64,000 nucleotides of DNA. It comes from Callorhinchus milii. Its lineage: Eukaryota. Shown piece after piece: positions 37,425-51,139 of the stretch. Position 1 is the stretch's first letter, and every line of letters starts with the position of its first letter. The notes beneath the pieces are model-generated. The model was not told where the DNA came from and did no database searches. It saw nothing but the letters and a program-made list of their open reading frames with translations. The position numbers and the translations under genes were made by a program. The stretch spans positions 60,700,001 through 60,764,000 of the forward strand of contig NW_024704742.1 of the NCBI RefSeq assembly GCF_018977255.1, in the 5' to 3' direction.

Positions 37425-37975
37425 CCTGGCTCAGTCAGTACACTGACTTCTGAGTCAAAAGGTTGTAGGTTCAAGCCCCATCTCAAGACTATAATAATAA
37501 TAATCCTTGCACGTCTTCAGGACTTCTCAAAGCACTTCACAGAATATACTGTAAAGTGAATTGACTGTATATGCGTGGACAAAACGCGGCAGCCAATTGC
37601 ACATAGCAGTGACTTTGAGCTCATAGTGTAGATTCACACTCTAGTGCAGTGCTGGTGAATACACAGTGTTGTCACAGGTTCCATTCTTTAGATGAGATGT
37701 TAAACTAAGGTTCCACCTGCCTATTTAGGTGGACATTGTAGATCTTATGATACCGTTTGCAAAGAGAAGAGTTCTTTTTTCTGGTGTCTTGGCCACAAAT
37801 CCCCCAAATAAAATTGGTCATTCACTTTGTGGCTATTTGTGTGACATTGCTGTGTGCAAATTGGCTGCTGCATTCATCTACAACTACACAGTCACTACAC
37901 TTTACAGTATTTCCTGTGAAGTGCTTTGAGGCATTTCGACATGATAAACTGCTTTAGCATCTGCAAGGATTATTG
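37425..37975 (+). mobile_element. Deu-domain SINE with nested antisense SINE tail (37491-37610)
   Basis: Head 'cctggctcagtcagtacact...tgagtcaaaaggttgtaggttcaagccc', Deu body, 3' module. Confidence 0.75.
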
Positions 37976-38617
37976 TAAAGAGCATCATTGGGGAAGAGCT
38001 GTTGTGCTATACCTAACCTGGAAGTACTTACACGCATGCATTGGGAAAGTATTCAACTCTCCAGCACTAAGATTCCTTGCTTTGATGAATACTAAAATAT
38101 CATTTTAAATATCAACTATATATACACACTGAGACACACATAACATCCAAAGCAGAGTTATGGGTTTTTATTTTGTATTAAAACCAGATATCCCATGTTT
38201 GAAACAGAAAGTGAAAAACATTTGCTAAGTCATTATCCATAATTGTTGTCACTGTGAAAATATAATTGAAACAGGATGGTGTCTCAGAGCGCTGCACAGT
38301 GGTGAGGTTGGTTGGACATTGAGCAACGAAGCAGGGGGAAGTGGAGATGAACATAGATCAAAGAGGAAGTGTCTTAGGATAGGATTTAAAGATAGATAAA
38401 GAGTGGGGGAGACAAAGGAAAATTCAGTAACATAATGACTAGAATTACAAATGGTTAGGATAGATATTGGTTATTGTGTCAAATATTTAGATCTTAACTT
38501 TTGTTTTATGTTTTTCCACCACATGGACTATCAAGATGGGTTTAGTTCCCAGTGGTTTGTTACTGTTTAGATTGAATAAATAACATAATTCTTGATTTTT
38601 GTAAGTATGTAAGTTGA

Positions 38618-38822
38618 ACTTCCTCCCTTGCTTCCTTCAAGGCCGGTCTCAAGACCATTCTCTTCGACCGTGCCTTTCGTCGCCCTCCCACCTCTCTGCC
38701 TTCCCTCACCTCTACACCATCCCTCCCCCATGCCCGGGCCCCGACACCTGACTGTTCAACGCTTTGGGATGTCCTCCTGACGTGCAAGGCGCTCTATAAA
38801 TGTAATTTTGTTGTTGTTGTTG
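38618..38822 (+). mobile_element. L2 LINE 3' end
   Basis: 'ccttcaaggccggtctcaagaccattctcttcgac' to tail 'gacgtgcaaggcgctctataaatgtaatt' plus (TTG)n. Confidence 0.85.
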
Positions 38823-39659
38823 AACTAGTCTCTTACACATCAGTGTATGTAATTTACCTTCTATCTTTAGTTTCCAATGTGGCCTGAAGGATGGAGAGGG
38901 ATAATGGGATGGAAGTACAAATCTGACTTTGTGTTAAACCTGAAAGCCATTGACAAGGATATATCTTCACCTCATGACACTATTCATTTAATATATATTA
39001 AGCTGGATTGCCAGTTTAGCAAGTGGAAAAAACCCTACCTTTTTATTGATCGTCTGTCTAACTTTTTTTCAGTACAGTAAGTGAAGATACTGGATTCGTT
39101 TATTTTATTTCTTTATGAGACGATTGGTTACCCTTAAGAGGAAACCTTTTGCCCCTCTGCTGGGCCACTGTAGCCTGAAATTTCACCTGTTCTTACCCTG
39201 TGTGTGACACAATTTTGTCTCAATCCACGACTATTTGTGGGACACTGTTATGCGCAATTGGCTGTCGCGTTTTGCTCCCAAAATATACAGTCAATTCATT
39301 TTACAGTATATTCTGTGAAACGCTTTGGGACGTCTCAACAATGTGATAAGGCGCTATATCAAATCCAGTATTATTATTATTTTTAGAAGACTGTTAACAC
39401 CCTAAACCACTATTGGCCTTCAGTATAATTGGTACTGGCATTAGGATGTGGTTCAAGTGCAATATTGGATCATTGACAATTGACTACAAAATAACGGTGA
39501 AACATTTGAATAACAACCTGAGTCATTCAACTACTTACATACTCGGCTGGTAAGGGTATCAAGGAGTATGTAGAAAAGCCAGGCAAACGGTATTGAGTTA
39601 CAGATCAGCTGTGATCTAAGAAAATGTCAGAGCAGGCGAGACGATCGATGACCTACTGT

Positions 39660-40017
39660 AGATTAGTGGTTAGAGCACTCGCCTCGCAAGCGAGAGGACC
39701 TGGGTTCAATTCCCAGGCAGGGCAAAATGGTGGTCAAGTTTCCTTATTCCACAACCTTCTGTTTAGCTCACGCTAAACAGGAACCTGGTTGTCAGTTGAT
39801 TGGTGATAATAATACAGGGGTAATAATCCTTTCAAAAAATAAATTAATTAAATCAATCCATGACTGTTTGTAGGACAGTGCTGTGCGCAATTGGCTGCCG
39901 CTTTTTGGCCACAAAGCCTACAGTAAATTCACTTTACAGTATATTCTGTGAAGTGCTTTGAGATATCAAGAAGACGTGATAAGATGCTATATCAAATGCA
40001 AATATTATATTATTACT
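39660..40017 (+). mobile_element. tRNA-Ala SINE, long subfamily
   Basis: 'gtggttagagcactcgcctcgcaagcgag...gggttcaattcc', central domain, tail. Confidence 0.85.
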
Positions 40018-40954
40018 ACCTTTCCTATGTTCCTACAATTTCAAGGAAGGTTGACTAGGACAAATCACAGGATTTTCTTTTGCTGCCCACCATACTCCAA
40101 GAATTTATTGTTGAAAGGCTGGGGGGTCGGGGGGGCGGGGAGGTGGTGTGTGTGTGTGGACTCAAGGGCAATATCTGGCAACTGCTTGCTAACCTCATAC
40201 TGATTTAAATAAATAGAAAAAAAACATCTCTATCCTACATATCTAAATAGTTTCAGTTACCATGACCACCCTAATTACTGTAACTATTTACTAGTTATTG
40301 TTTCCAGAGCTTTTTTAAAGCTAGCCTGTATTTATTTTTGCAGGCTATAACTTTCATTGAGTGAAGCTTAGGAAAACTTTCCACTGTGTGTGGGAGTGTG
40401 TGCGCACTCTTGTTATGTTGGCAAAGGGAAATGGAAATCAATACAAACTTTATGACAGAAAGAACCAGTCTACCTGTTAACTTTGTTCTCACTATCGTCA
40501 TCAGCTGAGAAAATATTTGTATTCAATAGCTGACAAGAGGGCTGTTTTAGGAGCACTTGATGCTGTTCCCTTACATTCTGACACGGTATCTGGTCAGGAC
40601 CCCAAGTACATCGAGCAGTGACAAAAGTACATTCTACAATTGGCATCTGCATTGAATGCTTAAATATCTGTGACAGATGCTGTGTGCAAATTGGCTGCTG
40701 TGCTTACCTACAAAATATTAAGACCCTACACTTAACAATAATTTAGCATGCAACGTTTTAGGCATCACATTAAATGCAACGATTATTATTATTATGTTAA
40801 TTGAACAGATTATGCTGCTTTTATTTGTGTACTTGGTGCATCAATAAATGCAAAAGTAGGACCAAATAGATCAAGTATTTTTTGTATTCAGCTCCCACAT
40901 TGTCAATTTATCAGTTCAAAGATAAATTGTACAAAAATAATATGATTGAAGAAT

Positions 40955-41610
40955 CCCTTTTAGGGTCCAGGGGAATTGATTGACTCATCGCTCACTATGC
41001 CAAAACAGTGTGAGGCTGCAATAAACAAGGCAAACAATACTGGGCCATATTACTAAATCAGTTGAGTTTAGATCCTCATATGCCATATTCAGGCTGTACA
41101 GAGCTCTGGTCACACCTTGAACACTGCACACAGTCCTGGTCACTGTGACATAAGGGGCTGACCAAGTCTAAGAGGCAGTACAAAGGAGAGCAATGAGGGT
41201 GATTCCTAGTGTGAGAGGATTGAGCTATGAGCAATAATTGGACAAGCTAGGGCACTTCCGTCTTGAGAGAAGACAGCTCAGAAGGGATCTCGTAGACTTG
41301 TACAAACTTTAAATGGGATTGAAAACTAAACCCAAATCAATATTTTAGGATGTATCATGACAGCAGAACAAGAGCACATAGGTTTAGAATTGTCAAGGAC
41401 GATTTCGGGACAGATATCAGGAAGTTTTTCATTACCCAAGAGTTAATAAACGACTGGAACAAGTTGCCAGGAAAGGTGACAGATTCCAGGTCAATGGACT
41501 AATTTAAGCAGCGTGAGGCAGCGATGGGGGGAATGGTAGGGTGGGTGTTCTGGAGGGATGAGATCAGATGGGTGAAGGCCAATTCTTCATCCAGACCAAT
41601 CTTGTGATTC
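40955..41610 (+). mobile_element. CR1-type LINE 3' ~650 bp, decayed
   Basis: Nucleotide blocks for KANxxLG, LYRALV, LEAVQRRA, LSYE, RGDL, TRAH, RVINDWNKLP and a 3' UTR shared with 10590-10670 and 44335-44545. Confidence 0.85.
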
Positions 41611-42974
41611 TCTTTTAGGCTCGGACCTTCTGCATGTACCTCAATCCTTCTGCTTTACCATAGTGCTTTCAGCTACAACATGCCAAACCTCTGGAACTCC
41701 CTTCCTCAGTTCCTGTGCCTTTCTAAAGGTTGCACCTAAAGACTTTTCTCTTTCACTGTGTCTATGGTCACCTCCGCTTTCTCCCTGGCTCGGCATCAAA
41801 CTATGCTATTGTTCAGTGCTCCGAGATACTGCCCAGTATGAAGGGCACTGTATCAATGTAGATTGTTGTGTTATTAAATGACCCTCACGATGGGATGGAG
41901 GACAGATTACTACTAGGGATTATGCAGCACAGTAAAGAAATATATAACGATAATCCTTGCATTTGATACAGCTCTTTTTCAAGCTGTCGAGACATCTCAA
42001 CGCACTTCACAGGATTCACTTTAAAGTGTAGGGACTGTATTTTGGTAGGCAAACATGATTGGGTGATTTATTCTTTTAAAAAATAATGTAAAAGTTTAAT
42101 TACAATTTGTCCGTGTCATGTGAGTTCTTTTCTGTTAGCACACAAGCACATATTTCTGTTGCTGACCTTTGTGACTTGTACAGGATATGAAATTTTCACA
42201 ACCATCCCAAGTATAGGATAACAGGTAACACACACCAACCTCTTGCCTGGATTAATGGGATAACTAAAATGACTGCTTTTTGACAAATTGCTTTCAAAGT
42301 CATTCAATCAATTTGCTGCATAAAGCTGAAAGCTTTTGGAGGTGCTATAGAGTACACTGGGTGTATTTGAGGTTAAGATGACCTGCAGTTCACTGGGCCT
42401 TCTGGCAGTAGTTTAGTCTGATGGTGGTTTGCCAATATATCTGTTTCATTACATTAACTGTGAGATGCTATGGCAACTCCTGGGCTCAGTCTCTTAATAA
42501 CATCCGTCAATTAAACAAATAAACAGTTTTCAAGGAGACTTACCACCTAGACTGTGATGTTGCGATGTTGTGTATTAGTTCCAAGGAACACTCCACAACT
42601 GTCCATTCACTTTCGGTAATTGGACTTCCTGATTGCAAATCAAAATGTCTCTTTGAATGTTTGTTATCATCATTTACTGACAGGGTTGTGTGTTCTTAAT
42701 GCTTTTCCAAGTAACAATACTTGGAACTATATCCAGTACTATATATATTGTATCTTCACAATTTACAAAAGCAGTCTTCTGGACAAATGTGAAGTTTCAC
42801 ACAGTTTTGTACAATGGTGTGGCTTTTTGAGGCACAGCGGCAGCGGAATGGGAAGAGATAGCAAAGCAAAATGGCAGTGAGCTCAACAATGGTTCTGTAA
42901 ACAACTGCACATTCAACAGACTCAAATTGTTTCTGTATTGAAAGACAGATGCAGACTTAATTGGGCACAAATGA

Positions 42975-43460
42975 ACTTCTTCCCAAATTCCGGAAACTAA
43001 TAAATGTTGTTAGGGCCAAAGGCCTGGGACCTCAGCGTGTGTGTTGGGGTACTGCTGGAATTTAACCAGCTAAAACTGCATAGCTTGCCATTGAGAAGAC
43101 AAGGCAATTTACCATTATATAGCACCTTTCGTGTCAGGAGGACATCTCAAAGCATTTCACTGTCTGACAACTTTCCTCCCACTCCGAGACTCTGCCCTGC
43201 ATGAAGGGTGCTATATAAATGCAAGTTGTTGTTTGTCCGTCTAGGACCACCCTATCAATTAGAGCTTTGACTTGCAGAGTTAACAGGAACTGAGTGTGAA
43301 GAATCCCAGGGTCCCTCCAAATCCTGCCAATGAGCCAGGAGGCTTGGTCTATCTAATCAACAGTGCACTGAAGTATTGTAGACCCTCCTGGTTCAGAAAC
43401 CAGACTAGCGAGACCACCTCAAAGGATTGAGTCGATTCTGACATTGAATTGCCAAGCATA
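42975..43460 (-). mobile_element. Unclassified repeat family X interrupted by short LINE tails
   Basis: 'ccagctaaaactgcatagcttgccattg' and 'ctaggaccaccct...ttaacaggaactgagtg' blocks match the other X copies. Confidence 0.7.
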
Positions 43461-44334
43461 TTGCTCATTTCAGATCCAAGGACATTACACTTAACTCTCC
43501 CTGGCAACATGTTGCCACTGCACCTTGCTGTGCATCGTGTCTTGCCTTTGCATTCACATTTCCCTCTCTCTTTCCTCCTCATCTCAGCAGTGTTCTCCCA
43601 AATCCTCTCCCATCATTGTCCCTGTCTTCTGAGCTGCATTGATCTGTGCCATGCTGTGAACTTGCATTGCTGGATACAGTGTAAGACTGTTTCGCAAGGT
43701 GGGGCCTTTTAATGGGAAGCGGATGTTTTCTTAACATTACATAACTTTGTATTATGCTTTCCTTTGTGCTTTTAAGCAGTTTAAATGATTTGCTGTATTT
43801 AAATATTTAAGTAACCAGTACAGAAGTGCAATTTTTGTTGTGGCCAAACTATATTCCCATTATTTCTATCAGCTTTAGTCTTTATGGAGATCTATCAAAT
43901 TTCTCAGCTTTTCCCACTTGCAGTTTTTGCAGGAATGCTTTTATATTAAAACAAGGTTTTTCAATGCATTTTTCAAGCAGATATATAAACTTTATTCACT
44001 TTTTGTCACTCTAGAGCGATATTCAGCACCCCAAGACCTGCTGATGTGAAGGGCACTATAAAAAGTTGTTATTGTTGATATTTGTGAAAATTGCTTGTCT
44101 ATTAGAAATTTTCTTTTCTGGATTGTTAGTTTTGTATGACATTTACAGATGAAACACTGGCTGTCTGTTCTCGAGAATATGTAGTTGCTATCAGAAGACA
44201 GTCAGATAAAATTGGTCATTCACTTCATCTGTTTGTGGGACATTGGTGTATGCAAATTAACTGCCGCATTTGCCTACAAATAGCAGTCGCTACATTTTAC
44301 AGTAAAATCTCAGTTTTATGAGTAACTGTAAGGT

Positions 44335-44545
44335 GTGAAGGGCAATTTCAGGACCAGAGCGTGAAGTATTTCTTTACACAGAGTGTGATTACCAACTGGA
44401 AAAGTTTTTTTAGGAAGAGCAGTTGAGGCTGGGCACTGGACTGGTTTAAGAAATAGCTTGATGTTATAATGGGAGAACAGTAGACTGAGATCAAATGAGC
44501 CAAAGGGCCTTCTTCATTCAAACTTACTTGTGATCTTGTGGTTCT
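44335..44545 (+). mobile_element. CR1-type LINE 3' end
   Basis: 'gggcaatttcaggacc...ttctttacacagagtgtgatt' and 3' UTR like the 40955-41610 copy. Confidence 0.7.
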
Positions 44546-47500
44546 TTTACTGGAATGGCCCCATTTGTATCAGCCATTTTATGCTGCCCTAAACAATCTG
44601 AAGAGAGCAGCTATTTTTCATTATGTTTCAATGACCATGTGATGATTTTTTTCTGCAGATGATACCTTTTTGCTTGCTATCTATATTAAACCAACCAAAA
44701 AGGTTGTCGAGCCTTTCATGGGCTAATTGCTAGCTGGAACTAAGGTCGTCTGATTATGTTAAGAGATCTCACAGACCCACTGCCATCTGTGTATTGCAGT
44801 ATTCATTACATCAGATTTGACATGGCACATTGTCCGAAAGTAATATGTCTAGTATAACAAACTACGTTAGAGTCCCAGTGGTAGGTTTTGACCCATGATT
44901 TTTACTCGTTTCCAGTGGTAACTCCTGTGAGGGACCTGCAGCTTGTTTAACATTTGAAAAATCCCTGGTGATGAAGAAGAATGATGCAAAAAACATGCTT
45001 GTGTGCTCTTCATGACCTTTACAACCATTTTAATATCAATGAAGTGTGCAAAAGCGCAGAGAAAAATGTGACTTTGACACAAAGTGCAAAGTCGCACGCG
45101 CAGTATATTTGATGAAATGTGGGTCCTTGAACCTGCATAAAATGGAATTAAAGTGAAATAAAGGGATTACGTTTGTGATATTTCCATAACTGCAGTATTC
45201 TTTATGGTAATTATTGCAAGAATGTATTGTAAAATGCAACAAATTTCACCCTAAAGTGTACAGATTGTACTTTGTGTGAATTTGGTGCAATATGTTTAAA
45301 AATACATTGCATTATATTGTACATTGTAAAATACAGAGTATATAGTCTGCATTTATAAATTTTACTAAGTGCATCTGACTCTGCACGCATTTGCTTCAAA
45401 TTAATTTTATTTTAGGAAAGAACCCAAAATTGCATGTTCTTAAAATGAAAGCGCATGTTAAAATGCTTTTAGCTAATCTGTGCTCTAAAGTGCCCAAAGT
45501 TCTTTCACTTATGGTGGCAATGAAGAGCAATATTATAAAGGAATGCAGAGTCTGGGGGAAAAGGGTAGCATGTCAGGAATTCATGGCTTTCTGTGCAATG
45601 TGAGCTGTTGGAGTAATAAAATAAAGGGAAAAATCGGCTATTCAAACATCAAGGGTGCTTCAGCAAGCTTATTAAACTATATATTCTTTGTTGAATTATT
45701 GTTGTTATGGCATTATGTTCTAGTGGTATATAATGAAATAATAATCTTTGCATTTAATGTAACGCCTTATCACGTCATTGAGACATCTCAAAGTGCTTCA
45801 AGGAGTATATTGTAAAGTGGATTGACTATGTATTTTGTGGGCAAATTGCAGCAGCCAAATGCACACAGTAGTGTGTATCCAAACAAAGACAAACAGATGT
45901 GTACAAGCTTGTTGTACAACACAAGGTTGTGGAACTCCATCCTTTAATATTGTGTGATATATTTTGTATATAGTGTTCTTTATATTTTTTATATATATTT
46001 TATATATTGTGATATATTTTGTATATAGTGTTTTTTATATTTTTATATATTTTGTATATGTATAGTATATATGTGATACATATTGTATATAATGTGACAC
46101 ATACATATATACTATACAGTAGTGTGTATCCAAACAAAGATAAACTGATGTGTACTCCATCCTTGATTCCCTCCAACTCGCTCACTCCCTCACCTTGTTC
46201 AAAGTCTGTCTCAAGACCCACCCCTTTGACTGTACTTTCACTATTGCTCTCAGCTCCCACCTCCAGCTCAAGTGCCCAGCCAGTACTGTTAAGCTCTTTA
46301 GGATATTATATAAATGTAGGTTTGTATTGTGTTTTGTCTCAGGCCACTAAAGATGTATTTTATTTCAATGGAACAAGGTGGAATTATATCAGTATGTTAA
46401 TATCCTGGATTGAGTCACTGTTATTCTGCCAAAGCTCCAGGGTGAGATGAACATGCCTCCAGCGCTTATTCCTTCAGCCAAGACGTTCTGCAGAAAATGA
46501 TTAAGCACTCTGGGACGCTACTCTGCGTAAGGGGTGCTATATAAATGAAAGTTTCGCCCACAAAGTATACAGTCAATTCACTTTACAGTATATTCTGGAA
46601 GCTCTTTGAGACTGCTCGAAGACATGATAAGGCACTATACCAAATGCAAGGATTATTATTATTATAATAATAAGTTGTTGTGTTAATGCTAACATCAGCT
46701 GACTCTATTTCTCTGAGCTGCAAGGCATAGCTCCACTGTTACCTTGCCTTCAAGATTGTGTTATGGTGATTACTGGGGCCGCAACCCATATGGTCATGTC
46801 AGAGAAATATCACTTGCAATTGCTGTGCTATGCTGGGAATGTTCCTCTTCCTTTCCCTCTTTGGAGGTACACTGCTAAAGTCCTCCATCACCATTAAAAC
46901 TGTAATCTAGCTATGATTTCGGTCCAATATCCATTTTTTTTGTCCAGCTATGTAACAAGAGCCAAATTGTTTTAGCTGATGGATTGCACAATTAGCTTAA
47001 CTGTACCAGATTTTAACCCATCCAACACAATAGAACATTTTTCACTATACTGTATATCAATAATTTTGACCACACTTTCAGATCATCTTTCCCCTCCCTC
47101 CACAACCCTCCTCTTCAATCCCCCCACACAGACACACTCTCCCCGGGCTGAGCTGGCCAGCCTGTTGTTTCAAGGACTTAGAGATGAAAGCCTTTACAAA
47201 GCCCTATGTAAATTGTGCTGTATTAAAATTCTGCATATGTTCCAAATCGTATCTCTTATAAGTGACTATGAGACTTATTACTGTGTGGTGTTTTCAGAAC
47301 AATTCCCATTTCAGATAAATCAAATTTACATATGGTTATTCTAGCGGCAATATATAAATGAAAGTTGTCGTTTTTATTGTTTTTCTGTGAAATACTTAAC
47401 TGAATCTTTGATGATGTGAAACTTGGACAAATATTGAAATGAACCAGAACATTTTCTGTATTGGGTCAGGAGTGACAGAAAGGCTGTATATTTGATTTAA

Positions 47501-48479
47501 TAAGTAATAAAATTGGACTATAAACTGCGAAAAGTGTTAATCAGTGTCACCAGAGTGAAGTGCAATGTTGTGGAGCTCATGAGAGTTATGCTCAAGACTA
47601 GATAATGATTACAGTAGTTTGAGTTGGCTGACAAATGTCATAATGCTGAGTAAACAAGAGCTAATTTTGGCGACTGGTGGACAACTCATAAGCCAAAAAG
47701 AGTTGAACGTGTCCTGGGCTGACTGAATGCATTCAATTTATGAAACTGAGTGTTTCATGAAACAACCTTTCGTCAAATAAAACACATAGTCTCTACACTT
47801 TACATTATATCTCATGAAGCGCTTTGAGATGTGCTCCTATCGTGAAAGGTACTAGATCAAATGCAAGAATTATCAATTTATGCTATTTTAACTTTGTGAA
47901 GCGCTTGAAAAAATAAAATGAATTAGTGTGTTCCACGAAGTCCATTCAGTTCGCCTTCCACCATCAAGCGACAGCCAGGACGGTTGTAGGCAAATTGGAT
48001 GTGCCTTGGTCTTCTATTTTAATAAGTGATTCCAGGACTTATAACTGCGGGAGCCGAGGTGGGCCCTGTAATGGTAATATCATGCTTTCTAAAGTATTGT
48101 TAAAACTGTCTGGCTTTTACAATAAATGTGTATCGTATGGAACGTTTGACAATTAACTTCATTGTCGATTTGGAAGTTGTTTTTCCTGCAGGAGTTAAAA
48201 AGAACTGCGGAAAAATGTCTTCTAAATTAAGACTGAGTTTATGAGAATTCTGCACAATCTCAAATTATAAAATGGTTCTAAGGCCAGTAGTCTGAAGTAG
48301 ATACTTTGGGCTTTTACTCATTGTTCTCCAGTGAATCATAAGAAAAGAAAAACATTGCATCTGACATAGAAACTTATCAAAGATTTACAAAGAATGTACA
48401 GCACAGAAATTGCTCAACCTGTCCTAGTCAACATCTTAAACTCTTCATAAAATGTTATTGTAATGTGTAGTGCCTGTGC

Positions 48480-48785
48480 ACTTATAGGCAAGCATGGCAG
48501 TCAATAGTCAATTTGTGCAAAGAAATGTCCCACAACAACTAGGGAGATGGTTGGCCAGGAAAAATTTCTCTTCAAAAAACTGCCACGGGATCTTTAACAT
48601 CCACTTGAACATGCAGATGGGATCTTGGCTTAACCTCGAAAGACAATACCTCTTATAGTGCAGTACTTTCCCAGCACTGGACTCATGAGTCGGGTTGACT
48701 ATGAGTTCAAGTCCCCGGATGTGTGACTTGAATCTGCAAACTTCTGACTCTGAGGCGATAGTGCTAAGCCAAACTGAACACAGTG
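48480..48785 (-). mobile_element. Deu-domain SINE
   Basis: 'tgccacgggatctttaacatccacttgaac...cttctgactctgaggcgatagtgct'. Confidence 0.75.
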
Positions 48786-48786
48786 C

Positions 48787-49000
48787 TAAGCTGGCAGGAA
48801 AATGCACGTGCTTGGACTTTGAAGGGTGAAGGCAAGGTCAGGATCAGCTGCAATGCTCACTGCGATTGAATAGTCTGCTGGTACATTCTGTCTTGGCTCA
48901 CACTTGAACAGCTTCCACTTGTATAAGATACTGGAGGGCTCCTGGCAGCTGGGAACAATATGCTCGAAAGCCGTTGCCATTTGAAGAGGGGTGGAAGGAG
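48787..49000 (+). mobile_element. Possible ancient SINE relic (AmnSINE2/MER131-like, uncertain)
   Basis: 'gaatagtctgctggtacattctgtcttggctcacacttgaa...ccacttg...tactggagggct' resembles a recalled ancient vertebrate SINE consensus; weaker relative at ~25850-26000. Confidence 0.4.
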
Positions 49001-49859
49001 ACTTGGGGGGTGGGGGTGCGAAATCATGCAATAAATGTTATTTTTGTAAAGTACTCAATGCCTTTATAATTGAACCATTGAGGTTGGAAATAGAGAAATT
49101 GCTATCTAGATTTGCTAAATAGCAACTCTTCCCAGTGGGTTATTGTGACCTGTGAGAACTCTGCTCCAATGAGATAATAATAATTGTTGCATTTGATATA
49201 GTGTCTTTCACATCAGGAGTGCTTCACAGGATTTACTGTAAAGTATTGTGACTGTATTTTGCTAGCAAAGGCGGCAGCCATTTGGGGGGTTGGATTCAAG
49301 AGGGGTGGGGTTGAGTTGGGGACAGGAGGATGGGGAGTGGAGAGAGATGACCGAAGGCTCAGTCAAAAGAGAAAGATTTTGAAATGACCTTTGTAGGAGG
49401 CAAGGGAAGGAGTGAGGCAAATAAAATCTAGGACAGAGTTCTAGACAGTGGGGACAAATTGGCTGAAAGTCCACCATCGGTGGTGGGGCAGGCAGGGTCG
49501 GGGGGTGAAGTAGGTTATTGCATGATGAGTGAACATTTTCATCAGCGGGATTGTTGTCCAGGACACAGGGACAAACTACCTTCTCTTTTTGAATATTTCC
49601 ATGGGATCCTTAATGTCTACCTCAACAGTCAGACAAATCCCAGTTTCAGTATCCCGTATGAATTATGGCACCTGCAATAATGCAGTGCACCTCCTGCATC
49701 GCATTGGAATATCAGTGTGTACTGTGTTAGTTCAAAGTCCCGTTGTAGAGCTGAAACCCACAACTTTCTGACTCAGATGTGAGAGTGATACCAACTGAGT
49801 CAGAGTGACATACAGGTGCTGACAGCATCACCATCCATGGTTGCACACTCCACCTTGCT

Positions 49860-50305
49860 AAGCCAGTCTGCAACCTTGGAGTCTTGTTTGACCCTCATCT
49901 ATCCTTTCTATGCCACATCTGTGACATGACCCGCTCTGCCTTCCCCCACTCCACAATGTCACTTGGCTCTGCCACTGTCTCACACCGCAGGCCGCCGAAA
50001 CCCTCATACACGCTTGCATTACATCGAGGCTCGACTATGCAAACTCAGTGCTTGTTGGCCTCCCCAAATCTTCCCTCCACAGGCTGCAGATCACCCAGAA
50101 CTCTGCAGCCCTTGCTACCTTCAAGACTCATCTCAAGACCCTCCTCTTCGACCGTGCTTTCGATCTCCCTGCTTCCCCCACCCCCCTGCCCTCCACCCTC
50201 CCCGATCCAGAACCCCAGTTCGGGTCCGTAACTCTGTCAGTCCAGCACCTTGGGATGTCCTCCCGACGTGAAAGACGCTTACAAATGTAATTTTGTTGTT
50301 GTTTT
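49860..50305 (+). mobile_element. L2 LINE 3' fragment with internal deletion
   Basis: LVGLPKSSLHRLQITQNSAA joined directly to LATFKTHLKTLLF; (TTG)n tail. Confidence 0.88.
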
Positions 50306-51139
50306 GCTTTTGTTACCTTGACAGGGAAGAAGTGGCCCCTTATATATTATATATAGTGAGTGTCACCTGTCTCCCTTCCACTGTGGTATAATCATACCAA
50401 AGGGAATGAATGCTCTTTTAAATGCTCGTTAATTATTTGCAGTGCTTCCACCTGGTGTCATTGGCATTGTTAGTACAGTTTCATGTGTTGCATTGTTAAT
50501 CACTTTGATAATAATAATAATCCTTTATTTAATACAATGCCTTATCATGTCATTGAAACGTCTCAAAAAGCTTCACAGGATTTTACAGTTAAGTCTAGTG
50601 ACTGTATTTATAGGTAAAGGTGAAACTAATTTTATCTGGAGGATTGTTGGCCAAGGCACTGGCAAAACCAGTGTCTATGAATAGTGTCATGGGATCTTTA
50701 ACATCTACCTGAACAAACAGATGGGATCTCGGGTTAATGTCTCACCCAATGGAAGGGAAGCAGCAAAAATAATAATTAGCCTATTGAATTTGGTTTGATA
50801 GTTTCCTATTTCACTGGCAGAAAGTGGCTTCACCCAGTTTCATAGAGACAGAGGTTGCCCAGTGAAGAGGTTCAAGGTCTGATTGTATCTGTGGAGCGAG
50901 GGTTTATTTTAGCCTGACTTGTTTTGAATCATTACCTTCAACAGGAAGCAATCTGATTTATTGTACTAATTGGAGCTAGCAGTATATGATAAAGTTGTAA
51001 CACTTTCATTATCTTAGGCATGGAATGCAGTGCGGGGGAGATAACTTTGTTGGGCTTTTTATGGGAGACTTAGATTTCAAGGTTCTGTTTTTGTCAGTAT
51101 CTTTTCTACTCAATCCCGCAGGAGCAGATTTAATGGGAA

